Source of the DNA: Patescibacteria group bacterium
GTDB taxonomy: Bacteria > Patescibacteriota > JAHJAL01
Direction: 5' to 3'
DNA: 64,000 nucleotides
NCBI GenBank assembly: GCA_049322675.1
Contig: JBMORM010000010.1
Location: 19,028-83,027 of the forward strand
In this document: positions 37,807 through 46,735 of the stretch, one piece after another
How the letters are laid out: the number at the start of each line of letters is the position of its first letter
Position numbering within the stretch: the stretch's first letter is position 1
Translations under genes and position numbers: made by a program
The notes under the pieces: generated by a model
The model's database searches: none
The model's input: the letters and a program-made list of their open reading frames with translations, nothing else
What the model was told of the DNA's origin: nothing

Positions 37807-38446
37807 TATTTCGAGGGGATCATATAAAACTTAGCAAACATATCAAACCTAGCAAACTTAACAAAATTTTTAAAAAATACAGCCGAAGGGCTGTTTTTTT
37901 AGAGTTCGGACACAACTTGAATGTTTACACTTTTAACTTATCACCTCACACGGGATCTGTTGCAAGCCCGTAAGGTAAGAGGCTCCTACTCGATCGTGGC
38001 CGGAGAGGACGGCGTAAACCGGGCCGCAGGCGAGGTTGATTTGAAACAATTTGATCCGGCTGGAATTTTTGTTGGGACTGAAAATTGTTTCAATATTCAT
38101 GGGAAATTGCGGGATAGTAATTATTTGTTGAAAGAGATTGAGAAAATGTTGTTTTTTGTAATCCAACAAGCGACGATCGGACAAAATTCTATTTACCCCT
38201 ACCCAACTATATGCGACATCCCGGTTGGTTGATTGTTGTGAATTGATGGAAATGGGGCGAAAGGAATATTGTCTGACTCGATGCCGAAGTTGACGCAGTC
38301 GCGTGGCAAAGTCGTTGGTAAGAGTCAGGGGTTGATCGGCCTGTATAACTTCAATTTGTAAACACAGACTCTTGTATATTTCCAGGCGGGAAAGCCGGTT
38401 TTTGGCGAGATTGTTTAATTTGATAGATTCGAGGGAAGACATAAGA

Positions 38447-38545
38447 CAATTTTTAATTTTCAATTTTTCCCCTCACGGGGACCAGCTGCTGCCGGTAATT
38501 TTCAATCAATTTTCAATGTTTCAATTTCACAATTTTCAAACAAAA
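38447..38545. repeat. Left arm of a family-2 heptad element, interrupted by a MITE copy
   Basis: caatttttaattttcaatttttcccctcacggggaccagctgctgccggtaattttcaatcaattttcaatgtttcaatttcacaattttcaaacaaa. The right arm lies at 38688..38735 beyond the MITE. The ccctcacgggga-ccagctgctg segment recurs reverse-complemented at 63300..63340. Confidence 0.7.
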
Positions 38546-38549
38546 AGAT

Positions 38550-38674
38550 GTCATTCTGGAGCCGAAAGCGTAATCGCGTTTAGACATCCAGAATCCAGAA
38601 AGAAAAAATTTAATAAATTAAGGAAATGGATCCTGGATATTGGAGCGGATTACCTTCCAGTTCCAGGATGACAC
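38550..38674. mobile_element. MITE-like double-hairpin element nested inside a family-2 heptad element
   Basis: gtcattctggagccgaaagcgtaatcgcgtttagacatccagaatccagaaag...ggatcctggatattggagcggattaccttccagttccaggatgacac. Confidence 0.8.
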
Positions 38675-38732
38675 AATACATTATTATCATTGGAAATTTA
38701 TTGGAAATTGAGCCTTGGAAATTGGAAATTTT

Positions 38733-39512
38733 TTACTCAAAATCTATATCTTCCAAATCCCAAGGTCGTTCTTGGCGAATATAATTGAAAATGGGAGCCA
38801 ATCTTAGTTTCCAGGGAGTCAGAAGGGCTTCCCAGATGATTTTGTTGCTCATTTTGGATTGGCCGAAGGTGCGATCGACAAAGGTGATGGGGATTTCTTT
38901 GAGGCGCCAGCCTTTTTGCCAGGCTTTGTAGTGCATTTCGATTTGAAAGGCGTAACCTTCGGAGACGACATCATCCAAATTAATTGATTGCAAGACTTCA
39001 CGACGGAAACATTTGAAACCGGCGGTGGTGTCGTGCAGGGGCAAGCCGGTTACTAGGCGAACATACAGGCTGGCAAAGAAACTTAGTAAAAATCTAAAGA
39101 CGGGCCAGTTGACCAAGCGGCCGCCCTTGATATAACGGGAACCGATAACCAAATCATTGTTTTCAATGTGAAGAAAAAAGTTTTCCAGTGAGGCCGGGTC
39201 GTGGGAAAAATCAGCGTCCATCTCCATGATGTAATCAAAATCATGTTTGAGGGCGTATTTGAAACCCAATTTGTAAGCTGTGCCCAAGCCAAGTTTGCCC
39301 GGACGTTGGATCAAAATTAAGTTTGAATATTGCGATTGGAGATTTTTTACGATAGTGGCGGTACCGTCAGGCGAATTGTCGTCGATCACCAAGACATAAA
39401 CATCCGGAACCATGGTAAATATCTCTGCCAGCAAATCGACGATGTTGTCTTTTTCGTTGTAAGTGGGGACGATGACGATTTTTTTATTTGTTTTTGTTTT
39501 AACTGCTTCCAT
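38733..39512 (-). CDS. GT2 polyprenyl-phosphate mannose/glycose synthase (DPM1-like)
   Basis: 259 aa. KKIVIVPTYNEKDNIVDLL, VLVIDDNSPDGTATIV, YIMEMDADFSHDP and LVIGSRYIKGG are canonical dolichol/undecaprenyl-phosphate mannosyltransferase-family motifs. Confidence 0.9.
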   Translation of the reverse strand: MEAVKTKTNKKIVIVPTYNEKDNIVDLLAEIFTMVPDVYVLVIDDNSPDGTATIVKNLQSQYSNLILIQRPGKLGLGTAYKLGFKYALKHDFDYIMEMDADFSHDPASLENFFLHIENNDLVIGSRYIKGGRLVNWPVFRFLLSFFASLYVRLVTGLPLHDTTAGFKCFRREVLQSINLDDVVSEGYAFQIEMHYKAWQKGWRLKEIPITFVDRTFGQSKMSNKIIWEALLTPWKLRLAPIFNYIRQERPWDLEDIDFE

Positions 39513-39623
39513 GTTTTTTATTTGTTTTTGATTTTGGATAAAACGAAGTCAAAATCAGATAAATCAGCGATAATTACCTTTTGGTTTTTGTCGACGATCT
39601 TCTGACACAAGTCACAGTGAGAT

Positions 39624-42413
39624 TTATTTAGTTTTCTTTTGACGGGTTTTTTTCTTGTTAACATGTTTGGTTTTTATTTTATTGGTTTTCTTTGATTTTT
39701 TTGTCGGTTTCTTTGGCAAGTCTGAATCTTTATCATTGTTGATAGTTGTCGGATGCATGGTTGGATGCGGGGCGTAAAAGAATAGATGATAGACAACCCA
39801 AATCGCTGATAACAAGGAAACAATAATTGAACCCCACTCGAGCCAGGAACGATGATAGATAAATTGGACTTTGGCTTTTTCCTGGATATTTTCCGGTAAA
39901 TGAACATACATCAGATTGGGGCCGGCTTTGTGAATAGTTAGATTGGCGGAACTAGTAGAATCGCTGATTTTGGCGGACCAGTTGGCAAAATAATTTTCTT
40001 TGAGTAGGACACCTTTGTATCCTGTCTTGTCCAAGATCACTTCCCGCAGATGAGGATCGTTGATAGTTCCGGTTTGCTGGATAAAATCATCACCTTGGTC
40101 GAGATCGAGAACATAATTCAATAAGTTGGCCACGAAACGACCTTCGTTTTCCGTCGGATAATTGTTGTAGTGATACAGCAAGTTGAGTCCACTAAAAACC
40201 ACTTTACCTTCTCCCCTATTCAGGCCAGAAACCACAACTTTGTCATGATTGAGAAGAATCGGAAACGCGTCCGCTCGAAGTTCATTTGGTTCGGCATACA
40301 ACATGCTCCATGCCAGTTTTTGATCGCCATAGATCGCCGGACCAAATTCATTTAGATCTACATTTTGAAATATTTCCGACAAATTTCCCGCTTTGAAGTC
40401 CCAGGTGGTGCCAAATTGACCGGGGTTTATTTTTTGAACAGGCGCGGGCAAAAAGGCAATCACTCCCTCCGGTTTGGATAAAATACCGGCTGACTCTATC
40501 ATAACTTTGCCACCGGCGTAGGCATATTGATCCAATAAACTAAAGGCATTTTCTTTTTCCAGATAATTGAAGTTGTTTAAGAATATTGCATCAAATTGTT
40601 TGAGATCGTCGATAGTGTACAGATCAATCATTTGATTGCCACGGATAGGAATTAGTTTATCGCTACCAATATTTAGTTTGGCGAGAACGAACAAGAAATT
40701 GCGATAGGCAGCGTCATCACCGATTACCAAAACGGTTTGGGCGTTGGTGGCCTCGATGATTGGTCGCGGTTTGGTATATTCATAGACATCAAAACGTTCC
40801 TCTTTGATCGGATTATTGTTGGTGGATTTGAGTTGAAATAGTTCGGGTAATTTTTGAAATTTTTCGAAATTGAAATTGGGGTATGAGACCGAGAGCCATT
40901 TGACAGCAAACCAGTCTAAAAGAAATTTGGTCTCATTGGTGTTGTCGTTGAGATGGAATACAGAATCTTCAAACCAAAATTTGTCATTGCTGTTTAAAAG
41001 GGCCTGAGAATAATAGTCGCGGGTTTGTGCCAAAAATGGAAAATCATAATTGAACCAGACAGCAACAAATGAATTGTTGTGAGCGTAACGATAGAGAGAA
41101 TTGGCGGTATCTGCGGGTAGAACATCTTTTAATTCGTTTTTGACAACGTCTTCTTTATTAAAATTTCGAAAAACGGTATTGATATTAATATTTTTAGTAA
41201 AAGAGATAAACGGATAATATTGATTGATGGTAATGGCGATCAAGATGGCCACGACGGCAAAACTGATTTGGCGGACGACTACGCTTTTGATAGCAAAATG
41301 ATAAGCAAGTCCAAATAGGATCGGCAGACCCAGACTCAAAAAATAAAAAGTGTCAGTGGGCGGAAGGGAAGCATTGTATAGATTACCGGGAAAACCAAAG
41401 TAGATCGATAAACCATACAAGGCAAATAAGATATTCATAAAGAAGAAAGCTTTTAAAATACGCCAGTTGTCCCAGGGCAAGATCATTTTTTCGCGGCGAC
41501 TGATAGCAATGAGCAAGAATATGCCGATCAAGGGTAAAACCAACCAAGGAAGAAAAGCGCCGTAACCGCTATCCATCCAGGCGATGCGATTGTTGAGAGC
41601 CGTGCCGTTTTGAAAGAAGCTAAGAATCTTGAGAGGTTGATGAAATGATTCGCCACCGAAAAAGCCTTCGCCAAAGACTTGTTTAATACCGGTGGAAACT
41701 AAAAACGATAAGAGAGTAAAGCATGACAATAAGAAGGCGGGGAGATATAAATCTTTGAGCAAATCGTAAAATTTACGAGTGAAACCGAGTAGCCACCAGG
41801 CGATAAACACCAGGGTAAATACGGTTAAACCGGTAATAATATAATGTCCTGAAAGGGATAGAGTAATAATTACTAAAGTGAAAAAGTATAATTTTTTGGA
41901 GGGGTTGGGTTGGCTCAAATAGCGAACCACAATCCACCAACTCAAGGGTAAAAATGAGGTGGCAATAAAACGGGGAATTTCACCCATGGCGAATCGGCCC
42001 CAAACGGCCGGCATGGACAACATCAAGAGACCGGATAAAAATGCGGCCAAACGGTTTTTGGTGGATTCATAGACCAACAAATAGCTGGAAAAAGCGATTA
42101 TTATCACGGCCAATATCGAAGCCAGATTGATAGCCAGTTCATAAGAATTACAGATCAAATAAATAGCATAGATTATAAAATACGGGACCGAGCTATACCA
42201 CAAGAACATTGGCATACCGTTGGCCCAGAGGTGATTCCAATCGAAATTGGGAAAATACTCAGCCAAAAATTTTATTTTGCTCAGATGGGCGTAGGAATCG
42301 GTGCCAATCGGATAGTCCTGCCAAAAGCCGGCGACATAACTGATATAGACGGCGGCGGCGGCCAGAAGCAAGAGATCGATGGCGATAATTATTTTTTGAC
42401 TAAGGTTTTTCAT
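39624..42413 (-). CDS. Large polytopic membrane protein (929 aa), GT-C-fold glycosyltransferase-like (PMT/ArnT/YfhO-type), with a Lys-rich C-terminal tail
   Basis: At least 12 N-terminal TM helices followed by a roughly 500-aa soluble domain. Directly downstream of the DPM1-like gene. The C-terminus is KKPTKKSKKTNKIKTKHVNKKKTRQKKTK. The family assignment is inferred from architecture and context only. Confidence 0.6.
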   Translation of the reverse strand: MKNLSQKIIIAIDLLLLAAAAVYISYVAGFWQDYPIGTDSYAHLSKIKFLAEYFPNFDWNHLWANGMPMFLWYSSVPYFIIYAIYLICNSYELAINLASILAVIIIAFSSYLLVYESTKNRLAAFLSGLLMLSMPAVWGRFAMGEIPRFIATSFLPLSWWIVVRYLSQPNPSKKLYFFTLVIITLSLSGHYIITGLTVFTLVFIAWWLLGFTRKFYDLLKDLYLPAFLLSCFTLLSFLVSTGIKQVFGEGFFGGESFHQPLKILSFFQNGTALNNRIAWMDSGYGAFLPWLVLPLIGIFLLIAISRREKMILPWDNWRILKAFFFMNILFALYGLSIYFGFPGNLYNASLPPTDTFYFLSLGLPILFGLAYHFAIKSVVVRQISFAVVAILIAITINQYYPFISFTKNININTVFRNFNKEDVVKNELKDVLPADTANSLYRYAHNNSFVAVWFNYDFPFLAQTRDYYSQALLNSNDKFWFEDSVFHLNDNTNETKFLLDWFAVKWLSVSYPNFNFEKFQKLPELFQLKSTNNNPIKEERFDVYEYTKPRPIIEATNAQTVLVIGDDAAYRNFLFVLAKLNIGSDKLIPIRGNQMIDLYTIDDLKQFDAIFLNNFNYLEKENAFSLLDQYAYAGGKVMIESAGILSKPEGVIAFLPAPVQKINPGQFGTTWDFKAGNLSEIFQNVDLNEFGPAIYGDQKLAWSMLYAEPNELRADAFPILLNHDKVVVSGLNRGEGKVVFSGLNLLYHYNNYPTENEGRFVANLLNYVLDLDQGDDFIQQTGTINDPHLREVILDKTGYKGVLLKENYFANWSAKISDSTSSANLTIHKAGPNLMYVHLPENIQEKAKVQFIYHRSWLEWGSIIVSLLSAIWVVYHLFFYAPHPTMHPTTINNDKDSDLPKKPTKKSKKTNKIKTKHVNKKKTRQKKTK

Positions 42414-42424
42414 TTTTTATATTA

Positions 42425-42605
42425 TTTATTATTTTGAGACAAATTTCCAAGGATCAATTTCCAATTTCCATTAAATTTCCAATGACCAATTTTCAAACAA
42501 ATAAAGAAACAATATAATTCCATATTTCTACAAGGTTATAATTGTTTGGAAATTGGAAATTGAGCCTTTTTTGGAAACTGGAAATTGGAAATTGGAAATT
42601 AATAA
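42425..42605. repeat. Family-2 heptad-repeat dyad element (full length)
   Basis: ...caatttccaatttccattaaatttccaatgaccaattttcaaacaaataaag...ataattgtttggaaattggaaattgagccttttttggaaactggaaattggaaattggaaatt has left TTCCAA arms, a central TTCAAACAAAT...ATTGTTTGG dyad, and right GGAAATT arms. Confidence 0.8.
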
Positions 42606-43279
42606 TTTATATTCGGATATTTCGGTCGGGCTTTAATGGCCAGAAGCAGCCCGAGGTTGAACCATTTTTCTTCCAAGATTTCGTAACCGATAAATTCCAT
42701 CAGGTGGCGTAATTTGCTGCCGTCGAAACGCTGGACGTGGGAATCGTCCCAGACTCCCCCACCGAGGTTGCCGGGCAAGCGGGTCCAGATTTCCCAGCCA
42801 AGACGAAAATGCAGGTTTTCCGCCGGAACCAAAACAATAACTTGTCCGTCCGGCTTGACCATGCGTTTCATATCTTGCAGGATTTCTACCGGATTTAAAA
42901 CGTGCTCCAAAGTTTCTAAAATCGTAACTGTATCAAAACTTTGATCATCAAATGGAAATTGGTCACTGGCGGCGTCATAGACGGAAAAATCGATGTGAGG
43001 ATATTTTTGACTGGCGTATTGGATAGCGTCAGGAGAAATGTCGATTCCGGTAATCTGAGCATCGGTGTATTTTGACAATTCATTGGTAAAAGTACCGCCG
43101 GCGCAGCCAATATCCAATAATTTACCCTTTGTGCCTCGCAACATGTGACCGATTTTTTTGAAACGATGTTGGTGATAAATACGTTTGATCGGGTGTTTGG
43201 CAATACTGTCGTCATAATAATCGCCGGTAATCGCAGTGTGGATTTGGTCTAAAACTTGTTTGTTGATTTCTTTTTCCAT
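42599..43279 (-). CDS. Class I SAM-dependent methyltransferase
   Basis: 226 aa. LLDIGCAGGTFTNELSKY (motif I), ITGIDISPDAIQYA, FDTVTILETLEHVLNP and DGQVIVLVP. Confidence 0.85.
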   Translation of the reverse strand: MEKEINKQVLDQIHTAITGDYYDDSIAKHPIKRIYHQHRFKKIGHMLRGTKGKLLDIGCAGGTFTNELSKYTDAQITGIDISPDAIQYASQKYPHIDFSVYDAASDQFPFDDQSFDTVTILETLEHVLNPVEILQDMKRMVKPDGQVIVLVPAENLHFRLGWEIWTRLPGNLGGGVWDDSHVQRFDGSKLRHLMEFIGYEILEEKWFNLGLLLAIKARPKYPNINY

Positions 43280-43317
43280 TTTGATATTTATTTTATTTAT
43301 TAATTAATTTTTTATAT

Positions 43318-43456
43318 TCTATTATGCACAAATTTCCAGTTTCCAGTTTCCAAACGAATCTAATTCTCATTCAATTTCCCTGTATTTGTTTGGAAATTGT
43401 GCCTTGGAAATTTACTGGAAATTGGAAATTGATCATTGGAAATTGTATTAAAGAAT
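43318..43456. repeat. Family-2 heptad-repeat dyad element
   Basis: cacaaatttccagtttccagtttccaaacgaatct...atttgtttggaaattgtgccttggaaatttactggaaattggaaattgatcattggaaattg. Confidence 0.8.
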
Positions 43457-43459
43457 CAT

Positions 43460-45574
43460 TTAGTCAATCAATTTCTTCTGCCTGGTTTTAAGTAGCCAAA
43501 GCAGGAGAACAATTGTGACAATCGTAATACCCGCACCTAACATGAAGCTGTTGTTGGATCCATAAGTAAAGGTAATGGTTGAATTTTCCAGATTATTTGG
43601 AGTAATAGCGACAAAATTTGGTCCGATTGATTCGATTTTGACAGTTTTACCGTCCTGATCGACTGCTTGCAAGCGATCATCAAAGTTCATTTTGAAGATA
43701 ATTTTTTCATTGGTTTTTAGATTGGAGAATTTGACTTGATACTTGTCGGAATCAATTATTTGGTAGCTTAGGCGATCATCTTTTTGGTCAGGAATCATCT
43801 TGGCAAAGGCGTTGATGGCTTCGGAATTGGATTTGCTGTCGATTCGGCCGTAAAAAGGATTGGAACTGGGATCAATGATATTGAATAAACTTGGGGAATA
43901 ACCGGGTGAGTTAAAAAGTTTGAAACCGCCGTCGGCAAACTTTGTTACCAAATCAAAGTCGGCGAATCGTTCATAATTTTCGTAGTCAACGTAGTGAGTA
44001 CCGCTTTCGGGGTAGTTGACCAGGATGTATTTTATATTAAGAATTTTTAGCCAGGATTTGAGCAATTGAGGATCTTCGCCCTTGTTTATTTGATAGGAGG
44101 CGTCGGCCCACCAGGGATTGGGCTGGGCATTGTCGGCACCACCACGGATTTGCGGAACATCACTAAAGACGTTGAGCCAGAAAGCCGGAGTACCGGTGAG
44201 ATAGACGCGATCGCCGGTTGACAGATCGATATTTTTGTTCAACCAAGTGGCGATTTCATATTCACTGGAATGATTCATTTGGTTGGGCTGAGCGATAAAA
44301 TAAGGGCGAGAAATATATCCGTAGGAAATAACCAAAATCAAAACAAAAATCGCAATTTTGGTAATGGTATAAAGCGTGTATTTTTTTACTCCTGAATATT
44401 GAGTGAGAATATGACTCAATAAACGAGTCAGAAACATAGCCAACAAAATTACAAAACCCATTTGCCCTTCGACCAGATAACGGTTTGGTTGGGAAAACAG
44501 GGAAAATCCGGTATGGTAATAGACGGCGCCGACAGCGAGAAAGATAAAAGTCCAGGCTCCGATCAAGAACCAGCGGAAAGAATTGTCGCTACCCATCATT
44601 TTGTGTCGTAGAAATAGGGCCAAGGGCAATATTCCAAATAAAACAACCAGAAAGACAACCAACATTGGAGGAAGATGGATCGAGTTTTCCGGGTGAATAT
44701 AGCTACTTTGCAAGATTGATTGGACAAAGTTGAAATCGTAGGAGAAGGCGGTAAGACCGTAGGCAAAGAGGCCAATAAAGAACAAGCGGCGATAATTGAA
44801 ATTGAAAGTATAGATGGCGAATTTTCCCAAAACCACTAGGACAATAATTACAATCAAGGCATAGGCACCGAAAAGATTGGACAAACCAGTCAGAGCGATA
44901 AAAATAGCAGCTAGGATATAATTTTTGATATCGGGCGAGCGAAAACTTTTGATAAAAAATAAAACGGCCAGGGGAGCAAAAAATAGAGAAACCAAGTGGG
45001 GACCTTCACCAAATTGCGAAAATACGATCCAGTGATAGGGAGGATAACCGGCAATGCTGGGACCACCGGCGATTTGCGGGATAAAGAGGTAGGCAACCGA
45101 CGGCAATAGAATATACATCAGGGCGGCGAGAAAAGCAGTCGTTTTTTTATTGTTCAAATAATAGGTAAAAAGATAGATACTAAGCGGGGTCAGCCAGACA
45201 AAAAATGCCACAATCAGACGATAACTATAGGAAACATCAAGCTTGAACAAGTAAGAGACCAGAGCGATCAGATACGGCACAAACGGCGGATAGGTCAGGT
45301 GAACCGGGAAGCCAAAGTACCAGAGATTATTCCAACTGGCGCCGAAGTGTTCCAAAATATATCTGGCATTGACCAAGTGGGCGCCTTCAATATTTTCAAT
45401 AAATCTGGAATATCCGGGAAGCAGCAAGGGATAAACCAGCAGACCGGAAATAACCAGCAGGACTCCGAGTAAAATACTGTGAGAGACGTGGATAAGGTTT
45501 TTATTTTCCGGATGAATGATTTGGGGTTCGACCGGGGGTTTATTTGATTTTTTTTGTTTAGACATCTTTTTCAA
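43460..45574 (-). CDS. Large polytopic membrane protein (704 aa), GT-C-like / YfhO-like; C-terminal extracytoplasmic domain
   Basis: About 14 hydrophobic helices across the first roughly 470 aa, then a soluble domain and a C-terminal TM (ITIVTIVLLLWLL). The family assignment is by architecture and context only. Confidence 0.6.
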   Translation of the reverse strand: MKKMSKQKKSNKPPVEPQIIHPENKNLIHVSHSILLGVLLVISGLLVYPLLLPGYSRFIENIEGAHLVNARYILEHFGASWNNLWYFGFPVHLTYPPFVPYLIALVSYLFKLDVSYSYRLIVAFFVWLTPLSIYLFTYYLNNKKTTAFLAALMYILLPSVAYLFIPQIAGGPSIAGYPPYHWIVFSQFGEGPHLVSLFFAPLAVLFFIKSFRSPDIKNYILAAIFIALTGLSNLFGAYALIVIIVLVVLGKFAIYTFNFNYRRLFFIGLFAYGLTAFSYDFNFVQSILQSSYIHPENSIHLPPMLVVFLVVLFGILPLALFLRHKMMGSDNSFRWFLIGAWTFIFLAVGAVYYHTGFSLFSQPNRYLVEGQMGFVILLAMFLTRLLSHILTQYSGVKKYTLYTITKIAIFVLILVISYGYISRPYFIAQPNQMNHSSEYEIATWLNKNIDLSTGDRVYLTGTPAFWLNVFSDVPQIRGGADNAQPNPWWADASYQINKGEDPQLLKSWLKILNIKYILVNYPESGTHYVDYENYERFADFDLVTKFADGGFKLFNSPGYSPSLFNIIDPSSNPFYGRIDSKSNSEAINAFAKMIPDQKDDRLSYQIIDSDKYQVKFSNLKTNEKIIFKMNFDDRLQAVDQDGKTVKIESIGPNFVAITPNNLENSTITFTYGSNNSFMLGAGITIVTIVLLLWLLKTRQKKLID

Positions 45575-45582
45575 TTAACAAT

Positions 45583-45705
45583 TAATAAGTTTTCAATTTC
45601 CAGTTTCCAGTTTCCAAAAAAGGCTCAATTTCCAATTTTCAAACAAATGCATTCGAAATTGTATTACTACTGTGTTTGTTTGGAAATTGAGAATTGGAAA
45701 TTTAG
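45583..45705. repeat. Family-2 heptad-repeat dyad element
   Basis: tttcaatttccagtttccagtttccaaaaaaggctcaatttccaattttcaaacaaatgcattcg...gtgtttgtttggaaattgagaattggaaatttagcc. Confidence 0.8.
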
Positions 45706-45707
45706 CC

Positions 45708-46424
45708 TTAACTGTTGTGTGCTTTAACTTTTATGAAGTCAGTATGATGAAGTATGTATCGATAGCAAAATATCCAGTAAAAAATCAGCCAGCAGATGAC
45801 AAACAAAGTACTGATGTAATCGTGAAAGACGATGGAGGCCATTTCGCCAAGATAAAAGGCAATCATAGCAACTAAGCTGATGCGGACGAGATTTATAATG
45901 ATTGTTCCCAAAATTCCGATGGCGATTGTTTCCAATTTGCTATTGAGAGTAAATGGCCCTTTGAGGCCGACAAACATACTGATAAAAAGCAGAATAAAAC
46001 TTTGCCAGCCGATACAGTTCCAACTGATGAAAATATTGATAGGATTGCCGTCTTTGATGATTTGCAAACCGGTGAGACTGGAAGAAGCTTCGATGCCAAT
46101 CAGTTTGAGGGTGGAGACTACCATTTTGGCTTCAAAGGGAACGACGTGATATTGGAGAATGCGGTAAAGTTCGACTTTGCCAATGATCGTCGTGATAAAT
46201 TCATTGAAAGTACTCACAAACGGCATGACCAAAAATGTGACACAGGCCAAGATAATAATGATTTGAAAGTTGGAAAAGCTAACAGTTTTGATTTCCTCCA
46301 ATTCTCTTTCCAGATTGGTGAGACCAGTAGAAATCGCAGCCAAATTGGCTTCTCCCTTTTGTTCCTTCCGCCAAAATTTCCAGCTTTTGAGTTTAGTAAA
46401 TAGTTTATTAATTTTATTTTTCAT
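45708..46424 (-). CDS. Exosortase/archaeosortase-family-like integral membrane protein (putative sorting transpeptidase)
   Basis: Start set at Met 46424. The ORF-track extension to 46544 is translated repeat DNA. Six to eight TM helices. The candidate active-site region is NIFISWNCIGWQSFILLF...IINLVRISLVAMIAFYLGEMASIVFHDY (Cys, then Arg about 35 aa on, then His/Asp). It lies immediately downstream of a gene ending in a PEP-CTERM-like signal. Confidence 0.55.
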   Translation of the reverse strand: MKNKINKLFTKLKSWKFWRKEQKGEANLAAISTGLTNLERELEEIKTVSFSNFQIIIILACVTFLVMPFVSTFNEFITTIIGKVELYRILQYHVVPFEAKMVVSTLKLIGIEASSSLTGLQIIKDGNPINIFISWNCIGWQSFILLFISMFVGLKGPFTLNSKLETIAIGILGTIIINLVRISLVAMIAFYLGEMASIVFHDYISTLFVICWLIFYWIFCYRYILHHTDFIKVKAHNS

Positions 46425-46459
46425 ATTTGTTTTTTTGTTTTGAAATAAAATATAGTTTC

Positions 46460-46735
46460 GTGTCATCCTGGAACTGGAAGGTAATCCGCTCAAATATCCA
46501 GGATCCATCTCCTTAATTTTCAATTTATAATTTTCAATTTTCATTAAATTTTCAATGTCTCAATGAATCAATGTTTCAAACTGTGCGTCATTGAAAATTA
46601 AAAACCCTGGATTCTGGATGTCGAAGCGCGATTACGCTTTCGGCTCCAGAATGACAACATTTTTTGTCTGCTTCAATTTGATTTATTAAGTTTAAAAGAG
46701 TTTGCAAGGGTTTATAAGAGTTTCTAAGTGTTTGT
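46460..46735. mobile_element. Full-length MITE-like element (reverse orientation) with nested family-2 heptad repeats, abutting the stop codon of the GT2 gene
   Basis: gtgtcatcctggaactggaaggtaatccgctcaaatatccaggatcc ... [ttttcaatttataattttcaattttcattaaattttcaatg] ... ccctggattctggatgtcgaagcgcgattacgctttcggctccagaatgacaa, then TIR gtttaaaagagtttgcaagggtttataagagtttctaagtgtttg. The stop TAA of 46735..50703 (at 46735-46737) lies at the end of the TIR. Confidence 0.8.

Noticed and set aside
39624-42413. Assigning the 929-aa membrane protein to oligosaccharyltransferase (STT3/PglB/AglB)
   Set aside because: No WWDYG or DK/MI-like motifs were seen in the C-terminal domain. Only the generic GT-C-like architecture is supported.
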